Assembly (NCBI GenBank): GCA_051294905.1
Contig: CM119371.1
Span: 40,922,001-40,986,000, forward strand
From: Botryllus schlosseri
Lineage: Eukaryota
Length of the DNA stretch: 64,000 bases
Reading direction: 5' to 3'
A program made the position numbers and the translations under genes. Positions 13,201-25,200 of this stretch are shown piece after piece. The notes under the pieces are model-generated. The model was not told the DNA's origin. It saw nothing but the letters and a program-made list of their open reading frames with translations, and ran no database searches. Position 1 is the stretch's first letter; the number at the start of each line of letters is the position of its first letter.

Positions 13201-16200
13201 CACACAAAAAAATTATTGCGAATTGTACTTTGAAGCAACATGATTGTTAAAAAATCGAATTTTCAAATTAATCTCTATTCCACAACGAAATCACAAAAAA
13301 AATGTCTTTCAATTTCGTAATTGGTTATAATAGTAGTTACGGTGAGCAGCATTGCAATTTATTTTATTGTACCTACAATTAAAAAATGAACAGCATTTGG
13401 AAATATTGGACAGTTCTGAGGGTATGCATTACAAATGTCAAAAAATTTGCTAATTTATAATGGAATGAGTCTGTACAGACGTTTGTCGTTCTCGAACATA
13501 TTAGGATTAACTTTGAATTTGATACGAAGTGAACGATTTTTGTTTTATTTCTTTCGTGAACTCTACTCTAAATTGAAAAAGAACTGTGCAGCTATAATTC
13601 TGATACTAATCTAATTGGGAAAAGCCAAAATTTTTTAGTTGATCAACTCTGCTACATATGGTCATCATGTAGTAACAGCTACACATTCATCAGTCAGAAT
13701 CGACCCACGCTGTTATCACAAAGGCCAATGTAATAATTTATGTATTGTAGAAACGGCACTGGCATCATATTCTTTGTGGCGTCATAAAAGGTACGTGTCT
13801 GAGTCTTCCACTTCATTCATACTTTCATAATTTGTGATGCTTGCTTAGACTTGAAGCCTAATATCCGATTCAGAATCGAATCACTCAATTTTGGCCAGCA
13901 CTAATTGTAGCACGGCAGAATTGAAATGAAAATGGGTTCCAGGTAGCATGGAGCATTATTAAATTCCTGTCTATTTACGAATTTTCCGAGTTGTTGACGG
14001 AATTTGTGAGAAAACAGATTAGCGTTATTGGCCCATAAGAAAAATGTAAACACCAACACAAAAGGGGCGATTATCGCGATTAAAATTCCCTCGCAGCATA
14101 GCGTAAACCGTTGCTCATTCAAGCGTGTTGTGATGAGCTTTTTTTCAATGAGATCGTGCTCGTGACATCACTATTGGCAAAATATCAACTCAAACGACAA
14201 GAAATAATCGCTAGGCCTGCTGTGTAGCAGGGTTTTAATGAATCGAGTCAGGTCTCGACTTGAGTCTCAATTTCTCGTCTACTCGAGTCATTTTCTCGAA
14301 ATTTAAAATTGACTTGACTCTAGTCAATTTCTGCATTGACCGAGTCATATGACTCAAGATATTCTATGTTATTTGGTTCAATTCACATCTATGAAAAAAG
14401 ACCCAAAAACCCGCTTGCACGAGAAAATCAGTATATTATGAATTCGAAATCATCCAATAGTTTCACAGAGGGGAATTGACTTGAACTCAATAATAAGCAG
14501 TGAACTCTATGACTTTGACTCGGGCTCGAGTCTCAACTTCATTACTCGGAGTCGCCCCATTACTTGCTGACTTGGACTCTGACTTGGCTCGGCGGTGAAT
14601 TGAAAATGACTCGACTTGACTCGAGTCAAACCTTTAAAACTCAAATTGACTTGTGACTCAGAACCTTGTGACTTGGCTACAACCCTGTCTTAACCATAAA
14701 CCCAACCCAAATACATTAATACATACATGCCAAGTTCCGTAGGCCTATATCACAATTCAATCTCATATTCATATTTGAATTTATTAATGCAATATCGATG
14801 TATCGCTTCATAATAGTAATAGGTATTGTGTTTCAAATGTCAAATTCACTGATTGCCTAATTCACCGCCATTGAAAAAATGTCAATCCATCTGTAAGTTC
14901 CTTGATAAAGTTTGAAATGTTAAAAGCGTTGTAATCCCGAACGCCGCTCTGAGTTAATATTACCACCCCTTGAATTATCGTGCATAAACACAACCTATTT
15001 CAAATACAAGTATTCATGAGAGATCATCTCTGGACTCGTGTGTATCAAAGTCTCAAAAACTGTTTTCGATGAAACACAGTCTTTCTGATCCAATTTGTGA
15101 ATCTGTGTTTCGAAATCACGAGATTTCATTGGATTAGCATCATTACAAGATGATCTGTGTATATTATTAGCATCCAGAATATTTAACGAGTCTGTACTTA
15201 AGATTGCAATCGCCAGAGAAAGTCAGCCTACAAAGTTGTGTCTAAATCATCCTATCTTTGATATTTCGTAAACAGACGGCATGAATTATAATTCATTTTG
15301 TTCAGTCTAATCGTGTCTAAACATGAATTTTGGACGGATGTCGCACCCTGAAGGCTATAATTAAGTGTGCCTTGATATAATATCGGGTTTGTTGTTCACG
15401 AATTCAATAGATGTCCAAACAAGTACCCCTGTGTTATGATTATAATCACCTGGAGTGACCTTTTCTGCCTCTTACGCTTGTGTGTTTTGATGCAATGCAA
15501 TATAGATTAACTAGATTTAAAAATGATAGGCTGATGGTGTATGTAATGTTCGTATTCCATTAGAGAAGAGACACAACCTTGTAAAAAAGCACACAATGAA
15601 ACTGCTTTATTCTAGTGACATGTATCCATGCTAGAATCTCGAGCCGGTGAGATAGCGTAATGGTGGAGCTTCCGGCTTCTTGATCGGTAGGTCGTGGGTT
15701 CGATCCCCGGCCGGGTCAGACTTAAGACCTGATTAGTAACAGTGGTATCCATGACTTCCAAACTTGGCGCTCAGCAAGGGTAGTGCAAGACTTAGGAAGC
15801 CTTACAAGGCTATATCTGCACCTTTCTTGTCCAGCGGCATATGCACATCATGCACTCATTGTGCGCATATGCACAGATCGAGTGTATGTATATCATGAGT
15901 CGATGTATATATATACCATAAAAACGCCAAGGTCAAAACTAGACAACGTGCTATGCTATGTTGGTGATCGTCAAAATTAATTGCACTTGAAATCTTGGTA
16001 AGGGATAGAATAACGCTGATTCTAACACTGAAATTATTGCGCGTACACCAAAAATTGGCCAGTAACGAATCAGATCTACGTTTTTGGAGTGCTCAATAAA
16101 TTTTGCCTCCTTTCTTATTGAATAGATTTCAATGTGATACTATTTATTTCTTTCACTTGTGAATTTGAAAAGAGGAAAGTAGTTTTAAAGTATGTTTGCA

Positions 16201-19200
16201 ACACGTTTACGAGTGAAATTGTCTCAACAACTGGGGTTAATAGCCCCTCTATCATGCTAACTGAATGTATGTGAATATGCATCTACTTTTCAAACTGATA
16301 ATTCATTGTACATCCACTCAAGTTTTTTTCGTCTGATCTCGATAAAATGCTTGAAATCTTGACCTTTTCTGTGTATAATTACGTATAATTATAAACCACA
16401 ACCCGGGTTCAAATCTCTGCTATTGAAATTGCAGTATTAGATTACCTAAGTTTCAGGCATATTTCTAGGTCATTATCATGCTCGAAGTTGGGAACCGTGC
16501 ACTTGACTACATATTTTTATGAAGAGAGTATTTTCCCAACCTCTCGTGAACTTGATATTTTTGAATTTGGCCTATCTCCAGACTGTAAAGTTTCTTCAGG
16601 AACGCGTTTTAGGATAACACTTCCGTTTGGCGTGGTTTATACCACGAGTAATCCACGCGCCGTAAAATGAAATCCTTTGTTCTTGCGATTTAGCAGGTAT
16701 AATTTCAAGATGGTGTTTATGTATACGCAGTTAAGTGTTTACAGATTATCTGCTGGATAAAAGCGTTGCTAATGACTTGTGAAGTAAAGGTGTTGTCATC
16801 CGCTTTTAGAATGGTAGTACATTACTAGTTGCTGACGATTACCCCTGATGAGTGTTAGCCGAAAATATTCAGGTTTATTTCAATATGAATATACTATCCA
16901 GCTGTATATTGAAGTTCTGTACCTCCAAGAAGCTCTTTGGAATGGTAAAAGTGAATTAATGTCTCGGCAATTGAAGTCTGATTTAAGCATTTAAATGAAA
17001 GGGACATAATTATCAGATTTGCAATGACTCGAGTCGTGATTTTTTGTAACTCGATTTGACTCGAGTCATTTTTTCGAATGCGTAAAATGAATTGACACAA
17101 GTCAATTCTTGTATTGACTTGACTTGTTCTGAAGTCATTGTGCATGACACGAACCAAGTCATATGACTCGAGACTAGGACGGCCAAAACAGACATTCCAT
17201 TGTAACTGGGAAGAATAGTAAAGTTACCACATTATTTCGTCTATCAGTCCGGATTGAACTGATAACTGAACAGTCAACATAATGACTCGGACTCGAGTCA
17301 AAACACTCGGACTCGACTCTCTACTCATTGACTTTGACTCGGACTTGACTCGGTGGTGAATTGAAAATGACTGGACTTGACTCGAGTCAAAACTATAAAT
17401 GTGAGATTGACTTGTGACTAGGAACCTTGTGACTTGGTTACATCCCTTATAATTACTTGTTAACAAGGTACACCTTCGTTAAAGATGTAGGTAGATTTTT
17501 GGCCGAAATTCGGAACACAAAAGTTTTGATTTGAAAGACACATTTTTTCTCATTTTCGGTGACCAATCATTTAAAAGATTGTTCTGTCTCAACATCAGGG
17601 ATGTAACCAAGTCGCAATGTTCTGAGTCACAAGTCAATTGGACTTGTATAGTTTTGACTAGGTCTAGAATCAAGTCGAGTCATTCTCAATTCGCCACCGA
17701 GACAAGTCCTATTCCAAGTCAGGGTCCGAGTCATAGTGTTATAACTCGAGTCCCGAGTCCAAGTCATTGTGTCTACTGTTCAGTTCCTAGTTCAAGTAAA
17801 GCTCAACTTACTTAAAAGTGAAACTATCGGGTGATATCGAAGGCCTCCAATTCATAATATACACATTTTCTCACTCTGAACATGTTTATTCAAATTGATC
17901 TAAGACATTTTATGGGTATTTTTTTCAAGTATCACTCGTGATACATGAGACTAAAGTCGACTCAATACAAAAATTGACTCAGGTAATTTGCCATTTTTGG
18001 GAAAATTCCTCGAGTTAAGTTGAGTCAACAAAGAATTATGGATCAAATCATTGCAATCCTGACCAACATACATGACATGTGTCGACTTTAAAAGACTATC
18101 AGAAAAAAAAGCATTTAAATACTTTCACCATTTATGAAAACTTCGTGAAACAATGATTCATGGTGCAGAAATTAAAAAGTAGTCGTCATAATATATTGGA
18201 AGTGGCATGTAATGAATAAATATCACCGAGCGTCAGATTTGGAAGAGATCCCAGATTAGCATGCATTAAGATATTACTGTTGCACACGAATGCTGTTATT
18301 GCAGTCTCAAATTCAACGCAATTGGTCAAAGTCTGTGTGCTATCTTCAGAATGGTATTATCATTTCGCATCATCTTAAGTTCGAGATAAATTGTCAATCA
18401 TTGCCTCGCAAAATCTGGTTTTCGCGTATATTTTTGAAGCGTTGAACTCGATCAAAAGATAATCCCATGAATATACTCGAGTTTGCCGGTAGTTCAAAAA
18501 AAGGACGTCCCTGCTTGTCAGTCAAAACGTCTCCTTCAGCCGACGTAAATATCGTGATGTCAATGTTTGTAGAGATTCGCGTCGCGTCATTGTTGAGATA
18601 TTTTATGCGCTGTGTTTTACACGTTGGAAATCCGGGATTAACGTTCTTAGATCGATCGCTGTGACGTACCTCAATTGTATAAGCTTTACCTAGCCTATAA
18701 TCTGCTGTTTATAAGCTGGATTTGTGGAACCTTCCGATGTGTCACAGCTATGAATAACTTTTTGTCATCAATCAAAGCTACTACAAAAATATTTATTGTG
18801 CTGCAACAGACTTGGACCACTAGATAATTCTAGTTATCTAATTAAACTAATCACAGCGAATTCCCAGTAATCTAGCTCTGATCTAATTTGCAAAATGTTT
18901 CATTGCTGTAATTTTAATTCTAATTTAATTTCTGGTTTTCCTGAAAATGCCACAGGAAAACTGTATAGCCCGAAAGGAGCCAAGCATGCTGTACATACAT
19001 TTGCTATTCTCATGCTCACGATAATAGGCGTTCAATATCAAAGTTCTCGCGAAATCTATAATTCTAGTCTAATTAGGAAAAAACTGTGTAGCTATAATTC
19101 TAATTGTAATCTAATTTGGAAAAAAAACGTGTAGCTATAATTCTAATTCTAGTTTAATTCGGAAAAAAAATGTGTAGGCCTAGCTATAATTCTAATTGTA

Positions 19201-22200
19201 TTCTAATTTGAAAAAAAAAACTGTGTAGCTGTAATTCTAATTCAGCAAAATATTGTAATTATAATTATAATTTTAATCGAATCCGGAAAAATCGTGTAGC
19301 GATAATTCTAATTCTAGTCTAATTCAGAAAAAAATAGTGTCGCAATAATTCTAATCTAATTCGGAAAAGACTGCATAGATATAATTCTAATTCTAGTCTT
19401 ATTCAGAAAAAAAACTGTGTAGCTATAATTCTAACTCTAATCAAATTCGGAAAAGACTGCATGGATATAGTTCTAATTCTAGTGTAATTCAGTAAAAAAA
19501 AAACTGTGCAGCTATAATTCTAATTCTAATCTAATTTGGAAAAATCTGTGTAGCTATAATTCTAATTCTAATCTAATTTTGGAATAAATCTGTGTAGCTA
19601 TAATTGTAATGCTAGACTAATTCAGCAAAAACTGTGTAGCTGTAATTCTAATCTAATTTGGAAACACTGTAAATTTTATAGTTGTCCAATCTGTGCTGTG
19701 ATTGTGGAACAGCACAACGAATTTTGACAGTCATTGTACTTGACATGGGCTTGCTACTCTTTTTAACGCTATAGGTCCTTTGAATATATCCGTAAACTAT
19801 TTCCTCTTAAAAGAAATTTGCAAGAAAGACCCTTGCTTATGTATTCTGGGAAAGAGAAATATCTCGTTATAAACCACATTTCATGGCATCGTGTTTACGC
19901 AAGGGATATGGATGCTAGCAAGCCGGCTTTAGATATTTAACCGGTGAATTCCTTTCTTAAGGTATGCTTTAGAACTTGAACTTTGAAACAATAAGTTTCC
20001 GTCAAGGTACAATCGTTTCCTGGAAAATGGGCTGAGAATTTGAAATTTTTGTTTACTGGCGTCTGAATACCGTGCTCTTTAGCGGGTATTCGGGGATGTG
20101 CTATTTTCTATTGCTATCAAGAATGTAAGGTTTAAATCTGAACGGGCACCACGCCCTAAATATGATGTGGTCTCAAATTTTAACCGACCGTGTGAAATAC
20201 ATTTTGGAAACGTCCATTTTATTCAGAAAGCAAAATGTGCAACTAGAGCTAGAATGAGAACCACTCACTCTACAAAATCTGTAACTAGAACTAGAATATT
20301 CACTTTTCAAAATCAGAAACTAGAAATAAAAAATTTTCGAAATGTGCCCCTTCGAATTCAACTTTGAAATCCAAATTCGATAGATAACGCCCCGAAAATT
20401 TCAAAACCCTACACAGCAAAAGCGGAATCACATGTAAGAGTCACATTTTTAACAGGTCAACACGTGGTGGCGCCAGTATGACGCTGCAAAGCATAAAGTC
20501 ATCCCGGAAATGAACGATCTTGCGCATTGGCTAAAGAGCAACATACCCGCCGACGTGGCCAAACCTTCAATAGTTCACGGAGATTTTTCAATCGGCAATA
20601 TCATGTTTCATCCGACAGAGGTAGTATGGAAGCTGTCAGAGACAGTAGCTGGTGTCTGCCACAACAACATGGGCATCACATGTCAAAATTTGTGGCTATG
20701 CCTTTATGGAAATACCTGGGCAAAATCGAGTACCTATCAGAATGGTTCGATTAGGCGTCGTTGTTAAAGATTATTTGCTATCTTTTTAACCATGCATTTC
20801 TCATTGCACTTTATGACAATGTTGCGGCCGATTACGTCTCCACAGATACATCATTTCAGTAACGTGCTTAGCTTTTTACTACGTATTTTGTATGCTGCGA
20901 TACAACTAATCAAGGTTTCAAGGCTTTTAAGGTGGAAAATAGTATCGTGGCTCAAATTTTCTTTGATAAATTAACTCTAATAAGTAGGGCGATTTTGATT
21001 TTGACTTAAAAAATCAGAGTTTTTACATTTTTCGACCGCAAAAACTTCATTTTGACCAAATTTTGACCTTGTGTATGTAAATTAGGTGTTTTATCACATA
21101 ATTTTAAAATTGCACTACTTATCTTCATTTCTGGTTGGAACTGTCTGTCCTTACGAAGCAGTTTGGCCTGAAAAAACTTTTTTGACTTGAAAACTGACCA
21201 ATTTTTACTATGAAAAAAAATTTTTTTTTTGACAAAATCTGAAGAATTCCAGTAGCTACATCACTCATTATGGTAGAAATAATCGAAATTTGTTGTAGTA
21301 CAACAACGAAATATACTTTCCTACAATCTCGGGTAGAAAATGTCTGTCCTTACTAAGTAGCTTACCAAGAAGCTAGAGAAGTTGAACGTACACTGCTTGC
21401 GACACACCGTGTTACTTCATTCTGACAATGTTGTTTACATCGCAATTTTTCATCATGCTCTTCATAATATAAGAACCAAAGCCCACGCACTCTAGCCTTA
21501 GTTACGATATTGCTGTAGCATATTGAGCATGTCACCATGTCAACCTGTTTGTTCATTTGAATGTTTATGATTCACAATGAGCAGACAACATGCCGTCTTG
21601 CCGGTAGGCCTATAATGTAGGCTGCAAGCTGTAAAATGTCAAATGATAAGTTTACCGACAGTGCAAACATCTACGATACAAACAGAATGCAGGTTGCAAA
21701 AAAAATTTGACTTTTTAAACAATTTTGACAATTTTTTGACCTAACGCTACAATTTTGACAAAATTTTGACTTCTTTTGACTTTTATTTCATTTCAGAACA
21801 AAGTCTTGTGCGTGCTCGACTGGGAACTGTCTACGCTTGGCGACCCGCTGGCCGATATCGCATACTTCTGTATGCCCTACTATCTACCGCAAGAACTTTT
21901 GCAAGCCAGCTATAGAATAGAGTAAGTTAGATACAAATCAATTCAATTTATTGCTAAAATTTTCATCATTTCAATACACCGACAGATAGCGATACAATGA
22001 AAAGATAGGAAGGTGTCAAAACGACTTGGAGTAGTCTTTGAAATCAGACACCCCCCTTGGCCTAGGCCATGTAAAAAGGAGGCATGGTTGTAATGACTCG
22101 AGATTTCCTGATGACTCGACTAGACTCGAGTCATTTTCTTAAAATACGGAAAGGACTCGACTCGAGTCAATCTGTGTATTGATTCGACTTGGACTCGAGT

Positions 22201-25200
22201 CATTGCGCATGGCTCAAACCAAGTCATATGACTTGAGACTCAGACGGCCAAGACCGACATTTCATTGTAATTTCGAAGAATAGTAAAGTAACCGCACTAT
22301 TGGGTTTTCGTCTATTGGCACTTGTACTTGAAAATGCGACCAGAAACTGCTAAAAGTGAGGAAAATTGGTATATTTTAAATACGAACCATGCGAAATCGC
22401 CAAACAGAGTTATAAAAATTGGTTTTGACAAGACTTTAACTGGAATCTGAGCAGTCAACACAATGACTTGGACTCGAGTCATAATACCATGACTCGGACT
22501 CGTCCCTCTGCTCGCTGACTTGGACTCGGACTTGACTCGGTGGTGAATTGAAAATGACTCGAGTCAAAACTGTAAAAGTTGAATTGACTTGTGACTCGGT
22601 TACAACCCCGATGCACTCTGAATAAAAAGTAGAAGAAGATATTATAAAAATATTATAAAAAAAGGTGGTATTGGTCGGAAGGCGAGATCGATATGTCAGG
22701 TCCAGTGAACTTGGGGGCTGACTTGTATTGATTCAGTAGAAATTGTTTGTATTTCGACTTGAATGAGGACATGATCGACGACTGTATGATAGCCTACTGT
22801 TCCACACTGCAGGTCTGGCATATTTGATAGAGCGATGATCTTTTACTCGCACCTTGTTGGTATAAAAATTACTTTTCTTCTTGTTCTTAGATAAGAATTA
22901 GCATTTAGGAATAGATTAGAATAAATTACTGCCAATTCAGTCCAATTAGACAACTTGAAATATCTAGTTGTCTAAGTCTGCTATGTCATTTCTACGTGCT
23001 GCGCCACTTAGCTAGCAGGAAACCACTTGATATATACAAGCCCTTCGCCTTGTTTCCAGCAAGGACCTTGGTGTAACCCGCAATACATACTCCCATATCA
23101 AAACAGCATAGCTGTAATATGACACCGCAAGGTACGAATTCAATTCTTCTAACAAAACTCTTCAAGTGAATACCAATTGGAATTTGATTCTGTAAAAAGC
23201 TCTTGGCTGCCCTCTAGAGTGGCTTACTATACCCTTTCCAGTTGTGGTTTATAATTATGGGTTTTGAAGAATTTCTTGGAGGCACAGAACTTCAATATAC
23301 AACTGAATATATATTAATATTGAAATGAACCCGAATATTTTCGGCTGACACTTGTCAGGGGTAATCGTCAGCAACTAGTAGAGAATTTAAAAGAACATTG
23401 TATGGCAACAATTGTATCACCAAACATGACCTGGCAGTTCGAAAATTTTTAATTTCTAAATGCAGTGCAAAACTTTCTTCTCTAATAGCAATACTTCGGA
23501 AAGTTCAGGCAACCTAACAATTTTACAAGGTAGCCAGTGAAATTTGAAATAACAGTATTTTCATCAGCCATAGTGTACAGTGCCTGGCATTTTTACGAAA
23601 TATTGTATGCAATATTTCAAATTCTTACGTTTCGTGACATTTTTAGAGACCTACTTATGCCATAATCGTTTGCGTGCAGACAACTTTGTCCATTTATTGG
23701 AAATTCATATTTATTCTAAAGATGACATTGTCTACCATCACGCAGTATTAATTTTCAAGTGGTTTAAGGATATTGGACTTGTTACAATCTCAATAGTGTG
23801 TCACTTTACAAGCGTTGTTGTTTATTGCAATATAAAATTCCGTGAAACAGAGGATATTGTCCACCGTCACGCAGGGTTAATTTTCAAGTGCGTTCAAGAC
23901 AATTAGACATGTTACAATCTCAATAATCCATAGCATCACCATGGTTGCTTGTACAGTAAATTAGACCAAGCCTTGTTTATGGAATACAAAAATAAATTGT
24001 GCGCTCACCCATTTGAATTCATGCTCGTATTTTGTGGTGGTGAATATGTGCTAAAATTATTCAAGAATTTGGTTTTCCACATTAATCTGTCTGCAGACAA
24101 GATTATGGTTTATTAATGTGTTTGGATGTTTACACTTGAAGGAAAAGCTTCAAGTTCAAAAGCTATTTCCGTGATAGACATTTTAGTATAGGCTACTTTA
24201 GCCGACCCCAGATTTAAGATTTTAATAAACATTGCAATCCGAGTTAATCAAAAGGTGTGCTGTAATGTGTGTGATTGACAAATTGTCGAGATTACACAGA
24301 TATTGTCTGAATGTTTTCACGTATTCACAATGCTACACAATCTTATGGTGTTTTTTAATGTCACTGAGAATTGCTTCAAATAAATGACGGAAATTGGCTA
24401 ATATTTTGACTAATTTCATTTGCAATTTCATGCTCAACTTGCCTTAGAAGTGTTATTACAAAATTTGCCTGAGGAAAGATATATTCTAAGTTTTTTTGCG
24501 GGCTGATTTAGCTCCACAACTGCGCATTTTTCTTCAAATGAGATTAGAATTGGAATTAAATCACAGAAACATTTCACAAATTAGATTAGGATTACATTAC
24601 CGGCATGTAACTCTAGATTAGTCTAATTGTTCTGCCTCTGTGTAAACGACATAATATTTTTATCAAGCCTTCGCGCAATCAATTTTAATGTGTTTGTCAA
24701 ATCATATTACATAATACTAGTGTGGCAATCAGCCTTATGGTGTTGTCCCTAAACTACGCATATACACACAAATTAATACCCTATGCATACGCAGATGATC
24801 GTACAGTCATAAATATTTAACCTTAAAATTCTAACTGACGTAATAGGGACCTAATCTGTGATTGAATATTTTGTGATTTGCGTAATGTTGTCATGTTTCC
24901 CCAAAATCAAAGCACTATCTTGACGTGAGGTTATGTTTGACTTGCTGTTTTTGGAAGTAATTAAACAGCTTGAGCAGTTGTACCAATCTGTCCCGATAGG
25001 AAATATGATTGGCAGCGTATTTTATTTCGAAAATATTTTCTATTGATTTTTTTTGTGTCTTCATAATGACCTGCTAGGTTCAATGTACTTTGGTGTGGGT
25101 GTGACATATGTTTTCTGTAAGGTATTGTAATTTTAAGAGTAAAAAAGAGTGAGTAATAATAATAGCAGATATGTATCATTTGTTGTGTCCAAGGCAGGGA

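Noticed and set aside
15641..15715. tRNA gene
   Set aside because: A/B boxes are present, but there is no clean cloverleaf or T-run terminator and the sequence continues into a multicopy body, so it is a SINE head.
19060..19670. Regularly spaced repeats resembling a CRISPR array (also 9130-9860 and 38368-38590)
   Set aside because: These are tandem degenerate units without unique spacers, in eukaryotic intron context with no cas genes.
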